Assembly: GCA_938083085.1 (NCBI GenBank)
Contig: CALLKX010000057.1
Location: 15,994-79,993, forward strand
Direction of reading: 5' to 3'
Length of the DNA: 64,000 nucleotides
Source of the DNA: an uncultured bacterium
GTDB lineage: Bacteria > Planctomycetota > UBA1135 > GCA-002686595
How positions within the stretch are numbered: the stretch's first letter is position 1; each line of letters opens with the position of its first letter. Positions 8,636-18,905 of the stretch are shown in pieces. Under the pieces are notes generated by a model. That model saw nothing but the letters and a program-made list of their open reading frames with translations. It was not told the DNA's origin and searched no databases. The translations under genes were made by a program, and so were the position numbers.

Positions 8636-9981
8636 CCCTCCTCCTCGACTCCAAGCGCTCTCAGCTGGGCCGCTGAGAGCTGGTGATTCAGGTCCGCCAA
8701 GAACTCCGGCCGTGGCTGCGTGGCGGCCTCCGCCGCGTTGAAGCGGAGGGGCAGCCGCAGCGCGCGCCAGATCGGCGCCGTACCGATCGCCCCGAGCCCC
8801 ACGGCCCCGCGGTCGACCTCCCGATTAACCTCACGCCGCAGCGCCGCCCCCAGCGCCTCCCGCGGCCCGTCCTCCAGCAGGAGCAGCCGGTCGAGGTGAG
8901 CGAGCATGAGCTGGCTCCGGGCATCCACGAGCACCTTGCGATCTCCGCTGCGCCAGGGAGCCGGCGCGGCCCCATCGACCCCGTGGCGCGCCTCCTCTCG
9001 GCGCACCAGCGCCTTCCAGAGCGGCTGCTGATCGAGGTCCACCACCTCTCGCAAGAGGTTCCGTTCGCCGGTGAGCGGGCGCTTGCCGTCTCCACGGCGG
9101 ACCTCCCGACCCATGGCCGTCGCGCCTCGAACGAGGAGCGCCGCCTGCTCGTCGTCCCAGCCGTGGAACGCCGCGAGCGAGAGCGCCTCCAGCACGAACT
9201 CGTCCTCGGGGTAGCGCCCGCCGAGGAGCGTCGAGGGCTGCCTCCCCCCGGCCGATCGCTTCATGGCCAGGCGCATCCGCACCAGCCGGCTGACCTGTTC
9301 GTGGACGAGAAGCGCGGAGACCGGTCCGGAGCTGGCGAGTGTCGACGTCAGGTCGGGACTCGTCGACCGAGCGCGCCGCCACCGAGGGTCTCCCATCCAC
9401 TCCACGATGGGCTCCCGAAGCTCCTCTGCCTGCGCCTCCCGGAGCCGCAATTCCACGGCCAGGGCAGTGACGAGCACTTCGACAGACGCTGCCACCACCC
9501 GGTCCTCTCGCGCCGCGAGGCCGGCCTCGAGCCCCGCCCGCTGGTCGACCTTCAGCTCTTCCTCCAGGGCCAAGGTCCACTCCTGAGAGGCGAGCAGGGT
9601 GCTCCACCCGGACTCCACCCAGAAGGGGTCGGCTCCCTTGGGCGATCGCCGCACCTCCTGCACCACGTCCTCCACCAGCTCACCCAGCGCCGCGCGCAGG
9701 CGCTCCAGCTGCTCCACGGACGGGCCGGCGATCCGCGCGATCCCGTCGAGGTGGGCGGTCGCGCGCCCTCCGAGGCACGCGGCCCCTCGGGTGATGTCCT
9801 CGGGCGTGACGTCCACGGGCCCGACCTCCCCCATTACCACGGAGCGCCCGTGCGGAGGAGGATCTGGCAGACCTGCGCCTGCGCGACCCGCGAGGTGCAG
9901 CGCCAGCGTGACGGCCAGAAGACCAGCCATCCACCTGCACCGGGCCCTCAGCTCGGTCTGACAACCTCGGTTGATCCTCAT
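8632..9981 (-). CDS. Hypothetical exported, largely helical protein
   Basis: 4-bp overlaps with both neighbours; N-terminal hydrophobic segment; recurring helical 'L..EQ...L' segments. Confidence 0.65.
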   Translation of the reverse strand: MRINRGCQTELRARCRWMAGLLAVTLALHLAGRAGAGLPDPPPHGRSVVMGEVGPVDVTPEDITRGAACLGGRATAHLDGIARIAGPSVEQLERLRAALGELVEDVVQEVRRSPKGADPFWVESGWSTLLASQEWTLALEEELKVDQRAGLEAGLAAREDRVVAASVEVLVTALAVELRLREAQAEELREPIVEWMGDPRWRRARSTSPDLTSTLASSGPVSALLVHEQVSRLVRMRLAMKRSAGGRQPSTLLGGRYPEDEFVLEALSLAAFHGWDDEQAALLVRGATAMGREVRRGDGKRPLTGERNLLREVVDLDQQPLWKALVRREEARHGVDGAAPAPWRSGDRKVLVDARSQLMLAHLDRLLLLEDGPREALGAALRREVNREVDRGAVGLGAIGTAPIWRALRLPLRFNAAEAATQPRPEFLADLNHQLSAAQLRALGVEEEG

Positions 9982-12900
9982 CGTCCGGCCTCCAGCGCCT
10001 CGAAGTAGCGCTCCAGTGACTCCTGGAACTCCACGGGGATCTTGGAGGGCTCGCCGCGGGCGGCGCGCTTCATGCCGCGCTGCTCACCCTGATCGCTCTC
10101 GCCCGCCGAACGACCGCTGAGCGCGAGCGCCGCCGAGGCCTTCGTTCCGCCGTTCCCACCCCCCGGCGAGGCGCTGCTCTTGCCGCCGCCGCCGCCGCTG
10201 CCGCCCGCGCGGCGTGACTGGAGGAGCAGCTCGATGGCCTCGGTCTCGGCCGCGAGGGTGTCCCTTCCGGTCTCACCCTCAAGCATCCACTCCGCGGCGT
10301 CCACCATGGCCCGCCTGGAGCTGGCCATCATGCGAATCTCCGTCCCAAAGGTCCGCGACCCGTCGGGCAGCTTGCGCATCTGGTTCATCAGGGCGTCTAG
10401 GCGGTCGGCGAGGCCATCCTGCTCTTCGTAGAGCTCCAAGGACCGCTCGAGATGCCGGGACTCGCCGAGGGCCGACCTCGCCTGCTCGGCCTCGCGGGTC
10501 AGGTCTCGCAGGACCATCTCCGCCTCGGTGATCCGCAGGACCTCCAGGATGAGCTCGGGCGGGAGGCTCTCGTCGTTGGTGCCCCCCTCTTCCTCCTGAT
10601 CCTCAGGCGGGGCCTCGGCCGGCGGGACAAGCTCGTCCCCCCAGCGGTCGAGTCGATCCGAGAGGTAGCCCGCCAGCATCACGGCCGCCCCGGGCCGGCC
10701 GCCGGCCGCGCTCGCAGCGATCTCTCCAGCCAGGAACACCGGTCGGGTGCGATTCCACTCCGCCACGACGCGCAGGAGCCGCGGGGCCCCATCGTCCCCC
10801 CGATAGGCGAGCCGGTCCGCGTAGGCGTCGAGGTCCGTGAAGAGCGCGGCCAGCCGCTGGCGCTCGAGGTCCTCGAGGGCGGCGAGCTCCTCGTTGGCGA
10901 CGGCGACGGCGCGCTGCTTGGGCGCGCCGTTCGAGCCGAACCCTCGGGCGACGGGCAGGGAGAGGCGCTCGACGCCCTCCGCCTGGGCGCGGCTCGCCAT
11001 CTTCAGGCGCTTGACCAGGGTGCTGGCCTCGAGCCGGGCGAGGATCTCCTGGAATGGGAGCGCCAGCTCGTTGAAGGACTCCACGAGCTCCCGCTGCGCC
11101 TCCACCGCCTTGGCGAGCTGCTGGGCGGTCATGCTGCGAGAGCTCTCCTCCTTGACGGGCTCCTCCGCCTCGGGCTTGGCCGCGTCATCCCCCCCGCTCG
11201 CTCCCGGCACGGTCGTCCCCAACAGGCCCAACGATCCCGGCCCGCTCTGCTGCTCGGCGGGACCAGGCTCCGTCTCGGCGGGGGCCTCCTCGCCCTCCGC
11301 GAGGCTCGACTCCACGTCCAGCAGGTTGGGGGTCGGATCGAAGGGCGATTCGACTTCGGCACCATCGGCCTCAGCACCCTCATCCCCTTGAGGCGCCGCG
11401 CCCCCGCTGCCGCCGGCTCGGACCACTCCAGCGGAGCTCGCCTCGCGGCCCTCGGCCATGTCCGCCGTTGCTGCTGCCTGCGCGGCGCTCGCGAGGAGCT
11501 TGGACACGATCTCCATGTCCTCCTCCGCCAGCTCCTCCAATCCATCCCGAGCCTCCGACCATAGCTCGAGGTCGGACGCCTCGACCGACTCGTTCCTGGC
11601 GGCTTCATCGAGCAGCTCCCCGCCCTCGGCAACGAGCGCCCCTAGCCGGGACCGGTTCCTTCGCTCCGCGACGACCTGGTCCTCGAGCATGGCCTGAACC
11701 TCGCTTGTCTTGAGCTCCGCGTCCGTCATGGCCAGCAGGGTCTCGTTGGTGGCCAGCAATTCGAGCTCGCGGTCTCTGACCTCGGCGGCCTCCTCGATCC
11801 AGGCGTCGAACCGCCGGCTCACCCACTTCAGGTGCTCGGCCTCGTCCATGACCCGCACGCGAACCGGCGCGGAGTAGACCCGCTCTCTGCCAGGAAGGAG
11901 ATCAAGGGCCCACGCCCTGAGCTCAAGGGCACCGGGCTCGATGCCCAGGTCCGCTGGGCGTAGGGTCGCGAACGCCTCCGCCCGCGGCAGCCCTGGCTCC
12001 TGGGCGAGCAGGACCTTGTCCCCCAGCGACCGGGGCTCTTCGCCGGGCTCCGTCGCAGCCTCGAACCACTCGAGCCCGCAGCGGTCCACGCCGAGATCGT
12101 CCACGGCCAGCACATCAAAGGTCAGCGCCGCGAGCTCGAGCAAGACAGGGTCGGGCTCGAGCCCGACCATCGACACCTCCGGCGGCGCGTCCTCGACGGG
12201 GCGTACGGAGAAGCGGAAGGGCCGAGGCCCCTCGAGGCCGAAGCGGCCCACCCAGGAGATCTCCTGGACCACGGACTCGCCCGCGGCCTCGCAGGCGAGC
12301 TGCTCCCCCGCGAGTTGCAGCGCCGCAGCGTCCGTCTCCGCGCCGACGGCGCGTGACTCGCGGCTGAAGTCGAGCGTCAACTGGACCTCGCTCCCCACCA
12401 CTGCCGAGAGCGCGCCGCCGCTCACGTCCCGCTCGAGGGGCGCCGGCTGGCCGAGATAGGCGGGGAGGGTGACCGTGGCCGTCGCGCCCACGACCTCGGG
12501 CCGCAAGAGGGGAGCGAGCAGGACTCGCTGGCGCAGGTCACCGATCACGAGCAGCGCAGACTGCTCTCCGGCAAGGGGCGGCACCTCGAGGGTGTAGCCG
12601 CCCGCGACCCGCGCTCCCTGGATGGTCTCCCGCTCGAGCCGCAGCTCGGCGCCATCCGGCCGCGAGCGCGTGTCCGCGGCCAGCTCGAGGCGGACCGCCC
12701 ACTCCTCCTGGACCGGCAGCACCCAGCGCCCCTGCGCCCCCTCGACCCGGGTGAAGGTGAAGCGCTCGACCCCGCCGAACGGCAGCGCCCAGCGCTGGAG
12801 CGCGTTGAAGCCGACCTCGGGGAACCGGACGAAGAGCGCGAGGACCGCGGCGACAGGGAGCAGCAGCCAGCGCGTGAGGAGCCAGTGCCGGGAGACGGGT

Positions 12901-13403
12901 AACGCGTGCGCAAGGGTCTTCCCCCCCAGGTCACGCTCGCCGCGGCCGATCGCGGCACGGACGAGCTCAGGACTCCGCCGAAACTCCTCGGGGTCCGTGG
13001 CGAGCTCGAGGATGCCGAGCAGGCGGTCACCCGTGCGTGGATCCCGCGACGCCACCTCGCGGGCGATCGAGCCGACCGTTCGGTGCCGCAGGACCCAGCG
13101 GGAGAGGGTCAAGGGCAGGACCGTCGCGACGCACCCACAGGCGAGGCCGAGGAGCGCCGCCCGGAGGAGCGAGGGAGTGTCGAAGAGGCGATCGACGCCG
13201 GCGGCAGCCAGGAAGGACCCGGCACCGGCGAGCCCGCAGAGGGCAGCGGCCTCCCACAGCTTCTCCCTTCGCATGCGGGCGCGGAACGCCCGCAGCGAGC
13301 GGTCGATGCCGTCGGGGAAGGGCGGGCCACTGGCGTTCGAGGTCATCTGAAGGTCGGCGCGATGGATGTCGCCGCGGGCTTCGGTGGGCTGGCTGGACTT
13401 CAT
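9978..13403 (-). CDS. Large membrane-anchored coiled-coil protein (DUF4175-like)
   Basis: ATG 13403 overlaps the upstream TAA. Three N-terminal TM helices, an Ig-like DAPPEV...DDLGV region, long acidic coiled coils, a Gly-rich tail and terminal IPVEFQESLERYFEAL. Confidence 0.75.
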   Translation of the reverse strand: MKSSQPTEARGDIHRADLQMTSNASGPPFPDGIDRSLRAFRARMRREKLWEAAALCGLAGAGSFLAAAGVDRLFDTPSLLRAALLGLACGCVATVLPLTLSRWVLRHRTVGSIAREVASRDPRTGDRLLGILELATDPEEFRRSPELVRAAIGRGERDLGGKTLAHALPVSRHWLLTRWLLLPVAAVLALFVRFPEVGFNALQRWALPFGGVERFTFTRVEGAQGRWVLPVQEEWAVRLELAADTRSRPDGAELRLERETIQGARVAGGYTLEVPPLAGEQSALLVIGDLRQRVLLAPLLRPEVVGATATVTLPAYLGQPAPLERDVSGGALSAVVGSEVQLTLDFSRESRAVGAETDAAALQLAGEQLACEAAGESVVQEISWVGRFGLEGPRPFRFSVRPVEDAPPEVSMVGLEPDPVLLELAALTFDVLAVDDLGVDRCGLEWFEAATEPGEEPRSLGDKVLLAQEPGLPRAEAFATLRPADLGIEPGALELRAWALDLLPGRERVYSAPVRVRVMDEAEHLKWVSRRFDAWIEEAAEVRDRELELLATNETLLAMTDAELKTSEVQAMLEDQVVAERRNRSRLGALVAEGGELLDEAARNESVEASDLELWSEARDGLEELAEEDMEIVSKLLASAAQAAATADMAEGREASSAGVVRAGGSGGAAPQGDEGAEADGAEVESPFDPTPNLLDVESSLAEGEEAPAETEPGPAEQQSGPGSLGLLGTTVPGASGGDDAAKPEAEEPVKEESSRSMTAQQLAKAVEAQRELVESFNELALPFQEILARLEASTLVKRLKMASRAQAEGVERLSLPVARGFGSNGAPKQRAVAVANEELAALEDLERQRLAALFTDLDAYADRLAYRGDDGAPRLLRVVAEWNRTRPVFLAGEIAASAAGGRPGAAVMLAGYLSDRLDRWGDELVPPAEAPPEDQEEEGGTNDESLPPELILEVLRITEAEMVLRDLTREAEQARSALGESRHLERSLELYEEQDGLADRLDALMNQMRKLPDGSRTFGTEIRMMASSRRAMVDAAEWMLEGETGRDTLAAETEAIELLLQSRRAGGSGGGGGKSSASPGGGNGGTKASAALALSGRSAGESDQGEQRGMKRAARGEPSKIPVEFQESLERYFEALEAGR

Positions 13404-15649
13404 TACACCCTCCCCGCCGCCTTCCGGCCGATCCAGAGCGCCGCCATCAGCGCCGCCGTTACCAGCCCGAAGAGCGGGTGACCCCAGAGCCGCATCCGAG
13501 TCACCAGGGGCGCCGGCGCCGGCAGCTCCGAGAGCCGCGCACCGACCACACCCGGTGAGAGCTGATCGAGGACGTCGCCGCCGCTGATCCGGGCGACCTC
13601 GGCCAGGACATCGGGGCGCGCGGGCCGCCCCACCCGCTCCCGCGGGCGCGCGGTCACCGCGATCTCGGCCTCGAGGGTCGAGGCGGTCTCGTCGCAGCGC
13701 AGCGTCACACCGTGGCGCCCCCCCTCCACCGGGCGCCAGCTCGCGGAGTAGAGACCCCAGGCCGGTTGACCGTCGGCCCTCGGCGGCTGGGTGAACCGAA
13801 TCCGCTCGACCTTCCCCGACGGCGCCTCGATGCGCGCCGTGACCGCCGCTCCATCGACGGGGCCGCCCCCTTGCGCGTCCATGACGTTCGCGTTGAGGGC
13901 GACGGTGGTCCGGGCCTTCGGCCGGTCGGGCGCGAAGAACAGGCGCATGGACTCTCCCACGTTCATGTTCCGCTGGTAGGCCATCCATCGGATGACCTGG
14001 CCCCAGAACCGATAGTGATACAGGTCCTCGAAGCCCTCACGCCAGCGCCACGCCCCGTCGGTCCCCATGAAGAGCACCTTCCCGGTCCGCGCCGGACGCG
14101 TCACGAGCAGCTGGCGCCTCCCTGTGGTCCCGATGCTCTCGGGGTGAACCCCGAGGACCTGCGATCCCGCCCGCGCGCGCTCGACGGCGGCGTACCACTG
14201 AAAGCCGGGGAGCTCGGACCAGAGGTAGCTGTTGGCCGCTGCGTCGGGGATCAGCCGCGTCAGTCCGCTGTTGAGCCCCGCCGACGTCAGCCGGAGCCGC
14301 GCAGGCGTCGCCGCCCCGTAGCCCCTCGGCCGCGAGGGGTCCAGGTCCACCGGATACAGCTCCCCGAGCGCGCTCTCCTGGAGCTCGAGGTGCCCCCCTC
14401 CGAAGCCCGGCATGAGGATCAGGCCCCCCGCCTGGTCCCGCACGACCCCCGCGATGTTCTCGCACTGCTCCAGCGTCAGGCCGTCCGGCCCGAGCCCGAC
14501 GTCACCGATGAAGATCACGTCGTACTCGCCGAGCAGCTCCTTCGAGGGGAAGGCCTCCAGGTAATGCGGCCCTCCGCCCCTCGACGGCATGCCTGGCAGC
14601 GTCAGGTAGCAGTCCACCTCGACGCCAGGGTCCCGCACCAGCGCGTTGCGCAGGTAGCGGTACTCCCAGCGCGGGAAGCTCTCCACGAGCAGCACGTCCA
14701 GGGACTCCTCCCTCACGTCGAGCTCGATCGTGCGGGTGTTGTTCTCCAGGTCCAACTCACCGGGGACGGGGTCCACGGTGATCGTCAGCGAGACCCGACC
14801 GGGCTCCGTGGGCAGGAACTCCAGGATCTCCGTCGTGACCCGGCGGGCCGGGAGCGCGATCGCGCGGGACTCCACGAGGCCATCTGGGCCGGCGAGGGAG
14901 ATCCTCGCCGGGACCTCACGGGGCATGGCGCTCTCGACGGACACGGGGATCTCGAGACGGCGCCCGACGATGGCGAACGCGGGGGGTTCCACGGGCTCGA
15001 GGGCCACGTCCGGCTGCTGATCCTGACTCCCCACTGTCGCGGTGAAGATCGGGACATCCGCAAGCCGGTAGCGAACCGCCGCCTCGAAGGGACTCTCGCC
15101 CTCAGTCCAGTCTCCGTCCGAGGCAAGGAGCACCACCCGCAGGGACGGGTCCTCGAGGAGGCGGTCCAAGGGACCGGCGAGGTCCGTCCCGCGCTCCTCG
15201 ACCGAGACCTCGCCATCGACCGGATCGGTCGTCGCCGACAGCGGCGTGACCACCAGATCAAAGCGGCCACCGGCAGAGGCCTCAAGGCTCGCCGCACCGC
15301 TCGTCTCCAACTCCGCCACGACCTTGGCCAGGGCCTCGGCGCGGGTCACGAGCCCCTCCCCCTCCACCACATCCACCGTGTCCATGCTGCGGGAGTCATC
15401 CCACAGCACCGCCACCAGTGCGCGCTCCGCCGGGACCTGGCTTCGGACCCACTCGGGCCCCAGCAGCGCGATGAGCACGAGCGCGATCAGGATGGTCCGG
15501 GTCGCCTCCACCACCATCACCGCCGGTCGGCCTCCGCTCCGCCTCCAGGCGCGGACGCCGAGGGCAGCCGCCATGAGGGTCAGCCCGACACAGCCGCCGA
15601 CCAGGACCGGGTCGGTGACCTGGAATTGAAGCCCGCTGGTCACGTTCAT
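13403..15649 (-). CDS. Membrane protein with vWA domain and glutamine-amidotransferase-like domain
   Basis: Two N-terminal TMs, MIDAS-like DDSRSM...SDG, PRWEYRYLRNAL, YDVIFIGDV, WRWR...YRFWGQVIRW, and a C-terminal TM. Confidence 0.8.
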   Translation of the reverse strand: MNVTSGLQFQVTDPVLVGGCVGLTLMAAALGVRAWRRSGGRPAVMVVEATRTILIALVLIALLGPEWVRSQVPAERALVAVLWDDSRSMDTVDVVEGEGLVTRAEALAKVVAELETSGAASLEASAGGRFDLVVTPLSATTDPVDGEVSVEERGTDLAGPLDRLLEDPSLRVVLLASDGDWTEGESPFEAAVRYRLADVPIFTATVGSQDQQPDVALEPVEPPAFAIVGRRLEIPVSVESAMPREVPARISLAGPDGLVESRAIALPARRVTTEILEFLPTEPGRVSLTITVDPVPGELDLENNTRTIELDVREESLDVLLVESFPRWEYRYLRNALVRDPGVEVDCYLTLPGMPSRGGGPHYLEAFPSKELLGEYDVIFIGDVGLGPDGLTLEQCENIAGVVRDQAGGLILMPGFGGGHLELQESALGELYPVDLDPSRPRGYGAATPARLRLTSAGLNSGLTRLIPDAAANSYLWSELPGFQWYAAVERARAGSQVLGVHPESIGTTGRRQLLVTRPARTGKVLFMGTDGAWRWREGFEDLYHYRFWGQVIRWMAYQRNMNVGESMRLFFAPDRPKARTTVALNANVMDAQGGGPVDGAAVTARIEAPSGKVERIRFTQPPRADGQPAWGLYSASWRPVEGGRHGVTLRCDETASTLEAEIAVTARPRERVGRPARPDVLAEVARISGGDVLDQLSPGVVGARLSELPAPAPLVTRMRLWGHPLFGLVTAALMAALWIGRKAAGRV

Positions 15650-17679
15650 TCCTCGCTCCTCCCGGGCGCGCTGCCCTCCGGGGAGCAGAGCAGTTGCTCC
15701 GCGATCAGGGCGCCGAGCACCAGGAGGAGGAAGATCCGCCAGACCTCGTCGAGGAGCGATGCACCCTCGGACGCCGTGCGCGTCGCGGTCACCACCACGT
15801 CAAGCGGCGCGAGGCTCTCGGTCAAGGCCTCCGCCGGCAGGGGGCGGGAGGAGTCTTCGGCGAGCGGCCGGTTGAGAGCGACGAAGACCTCACCGTCGGT
15901 CAGCACTCCGGCGCGACGGCCTCGCTCGGCCAGCGAATCCGGCCTGTCGCTCGCCGCGACCGACCAGCGCTCCTCCAGCCAGCGCTCACTCGCGCTCGCG
16001 ACCTGCTGCTCCTCGGACCCGAGCGCGGCCGCGGCCTGATCCAGGGCGCGGTGCACGAGGGCCATGAAGACGATTCCCTGGGTCGCGAGGTCGCTGGAGC
16101 GCGGCTCGGGCAGGGTCCCCAGGAAGTACGCCGCCCCGCGCCCCAGGGCCGACTTGGTCATGAGGGCCTGGCCACCCTGCAGCCCAGCGATGGGGATACG
16201 GGCGACGGGCGCATCCCCCACCGATCGGATGGAACACACCCGGCGCAGTGCCACCTCTCCCACCGGGAGCGGCGTCCCGTCCGCGCCCGAGGCGAGCAGG
16301 TCTGCGTCCGCGCGCCAGGTCTTGACCGCGCTCTCGCGATCCGTCTGATCCACGAGGCCCCATTGCCCCCACCCCAGACCGGCGAAGGACCCGCCTGCGG
16401 GAGATGAAGGCGGGAGGAAGAGCACCACCCCACCGGCCTCGCAGAAGCGCGTCACCTCGGCTGCCGCCTCGCCCTCGGGGAGGGGCGCTTGCCAGACAAG
16501 AAAGGTCACGCCATCGAGATCCACGTCGGCCCCGGCCCCCGAGACGAGCCTTCGCACCTCATGAATGACATCTGGTCCAGCTGGTGACCGCGCGGCGACC
16601 GAGACGACGGACGCCACCGCCGCGGACTGCGCGAAGACCGCGGTCTCCACCACCGGCGTGCTGCCGAAGGAGAACCAGAACCGATCGTCGCCGGCGCGTC
16701 GGTCCGTGGGGAGCGCCGCTGCGCCGTAGCCAGCCTCCAGCTGCGGGTCGATGACGACCCGGTGCCCTACGAGCCGCCCCTCCTTGCCCGTGAGCTCCAC
16801 CTCCACGGTGGTCCTGGCGCCACCGACCTCGATGGCCACCGGCACGCGCATGGCGGTGTCTCCGCTGGCCTCGGTGGCTGCCGCCCTCGTCACCACAAGG
16901 TCCAGCACCAACGCGGCCGCCTCGCCCTCCGACTCTCGCCGAACGCCCTCGACCCGGATCGCGAGGTTGTCGTCCGCGACCTCGGGGAACGTGGTGAGCC
17001 GGATGCGCGTCCCGGCTCCACCGCTGGCTTTCGTGAGTTCCTGCGCCACGGCCTCCCACCTGCCGTCCTCGGGGTTCCAGTCCTCTCGCTGCGCGTCCGT
17101 CAAAACCCAGACCTCGGTCCGCCCCGCGCCCGCTTCCTCCATGTACCCCGCCGCGGTCTCGAAGGCCGCCAGCAGATCACTGCTCGCCGACGTCGCCTCG
17201 TCGAAGGCGAGCTCCCGCAGGGCATCGACACCCTCGGGCCGCAGCACCTCGCCCGGCCGCGTGGCGTCGACGACGACGAGCTCGCGGGGCGACGCAATGG
17301 CGAGCGCATCACCCGCGCCACGCAGCCCGAACGCCAGCTTGCTCTCGGGGAGCCCGCTCACCTCCTCGCCCATGCTGCTCGAGCGATCGAGGATGAGGAC
17401 CACCATGTCCAGCCGCTCTCCGGCGACCCGGGCCGCCCACCCGCCAGCGATGGGCCGTCCGAGCGTCAGCACCAGCGCGAGGACCGCGAGCGTACGGGCC
17501 GCCAGCAAGAGGATCTCTCGCAGCCGCTGCCGACCGCGGGAGGACCGCTCTCCGTCGAGCAGGAACATCATCGCGCCCCACTCCACCACGCGGTGACGCC
17601 GGCGATGGAGGAGGTGCACGACGACCGGGAGCGCCACGAGCGGGAGGGCCCACAGAGCGAGCGGCTGCAGGAGGTTCAT
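15646..17679 (-). CDS. BatA-type N-terminal double-TM plus vWA domain protein
   Basis: LPVVVHLLHRRR...WGAMMFL...LLLAARTLA (BatA N-terminus); MIDAS LDRSSSM and LTDAQ; C-terminal TM VWRIFLLLVLGALIAEQ. Confidence 0.85.
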   Translation of the reverse strand: MNLLQPLALWALPLVALPVVVHLLHRRRHRVVEWGAMMFLLDGERSSRGRQRLREILLLAARTLAVLALVLTLGRPIAGGWAARVAGERLDMVVLILDRSSSMGEEVSGLPESKLAFGLRGAGDALAIASPRELVVVDATRPGEVLRPEGVDALRELAFDEATSASSDLLAAFETAAGYMEEAGAGRTEVWVLTDAQREDWNPEDGRWEAVAQELTKASGGAGTRIRLTTFPEVADDNLAIRVEGVRRESEGEAAALVLDLVVTRAAATEASGDTAMRVPVAIEVGGARTTVEVELTGKEGRLVGHRVVIDPQLEAGYGAAALPTDRRAGDDRFWFSFGSTPVVETAVFAQSAAVASVVSVAARSPAGPDVIHEVRRLVSGAGADVDLDGVTFLVWQAPLPEGEAAAEVTRFCEAGGVVLFLPPSSPAGGSFAGLGWGQWGLVDQTDRESAVKTWRADADLLASGADGTPLPVGEVALRRVCSIRSVGDAPVARIPIAGLQGGQALMTKSALGRGAAYFLGTLPEPRSSDLATQGIVFMALVHRALDQAAAALGSEEQQVASASERWLEERWSVAASDRPDSLAERGRRAGVLTDGEVFVALNRPLAEDSSRPLPAEALTESLAPLDVVVTATRTASEGASLLDEVWRIFLLLVLGALIAEQLLCSPEGSAPGRSEE

Positions 17680-18605
17680 CCGCGCCCCCTCTTGCCCGCT
17701 CGGGCAAGCAGGTACGCGGCGATGGTGCTGGCGATGTCCTCGTCCAGGAAGGTCTCCCTGAGGTCGACGTCCGCCGCGACCGCGATGGACTCCAGGGCAC
17801 CACGGTGACGACGCCAGGCGGCGAGATAGCGCGAGGCCACCATCGACGGATCCGCGAGGACGGGCGCGCCGCCCTCGGGATCGACAAACCGCGTGGCTTC
17901 CTCGAAGCGGAACTCCGACTCGTCTCGGTCGACGATCTGGAAGGCGCTCGTCTCATGGCCGCGATAGCGCAGGTGCTGAAAGGCGTCGCGGAGGCCCTCG
18001 GGAGCCATGAAGAGGTCGGACATCACGCAGATGAGCGCCCGTCGACCGGTCCGCTCGGCCACGTCGTGAAGGACCTCGGTGAGCCGGGTCGGGCCACCGG
18101 GCGCGACCCGGGCCATCTCACCCGCGAGCACCCGCAGATGCGAGGGGCGGCGCCGGGGTGGGACGCGGACCGTCTCCCCCTCCGCCGCGATGGTCACCCC
18201 AGCCGCGTCACCCTGCCGGATTGCCAGCTGTGCGATCGACGCGGCGAGCCTGCACGCGAGCTCGTACTTGGTCATCGGTCCGGCGCCGTGCTGACCGGAG
18301 TAGCGCATGGAGCCGCTTCCATCGATCACGAGCACGAGCCGAAGATTGGTGTCCGCCTCGAACTCCTTGACGAAGTGTCGATCTGAACGCCCGTACACGC
18401 GCCAGTCGAGCCGGCGCAGATCATCCCCAGGCACATAGTCCCGGTACTCCGCGAACTCGACGCTCGAGCCGCGATGTGGGCTTCGGTGCCGGCCGGACAC
18501 GGACCCGATCTTTGCCCGCCGTGCCACTAGCGGGATCTGACCGACGCGCGTGAGCACGGCGGGGTCAAGCATCGCGGCGATCGACTCGGCCTCTGTCGCG
18601 CTCAT
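17676..18605 (-). CDS. DUF58 domain-containing protein (MoxR-associated vWA-like)
   Basis: GRHRSPHRGSSVEFAEYRDYVPGDDLRRLDWRVYGR, VKEFEADTN, DGSGSM; SD-like AGAGGGG upstream. Confidence 0.93.
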   Translation of the reverse strand: MSATEAESIAAMLDPAVLTRVGQIPLVARRAKIGSVSGRHRSPHRGSSVEFAEYRDYVPGDDLRRLDWRVYGRSDRHFVKEFEADTNLRLVLVIDGSGSMRYSGQHGAGPMTKYELACRLAASIAQLAIRQGDAAGVTIAAEGETVRVPPRRRPSHLRVLAGEMARVAPGGPTRLTEVLHDVAERTGRRALICVMSDLFMAPEGLRDAFQHLRYRGHETSAFQIVDRDESEFRFEEATRFVDPEGGAPVLADPSMVASRYLAAWRRHRGALESIAVAADVDLRETFLDEDIASTIAAYLLARAGKRGRG

Positions 18606-18905
18606 CGTCGTGACCCCTCTGGCAGGAACCAGACGACCGGATCAAACGAGCTGCGGAGGAAGGTCATGCGCTGAAGGGAGGGCGACCCTCCCGGCCCCTA
18701 TTAGACGTGAACCCCGGGCGCCCGGGCACGTCCGTCCCCTTGGACCGGCGCGTTTGCCCAAGGCTGACCGTGCCACCTCCCGAGGCCTGGAGGTGGGCCC
18801 GCCGTGTCGATTCGAGTCACTCCTCGAAACCGGTCGGCGGCGCTCAAGCTAGGGGTCCCGGTTGACCGTTCACCTCTTTGGCGCCGCGCTGCGGCCCAGA
18901 ACGCC

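Noticed and set aside
13404-13988. N-terminal extension of the 1336-aa ORF, and similarly 7602-7817
   Set aside because: These overlap upstream genes in another frame with Arg/Gly/Pro-rich nonsense composition; coupled ATGs at 13403 and 7601 explain the true starts.
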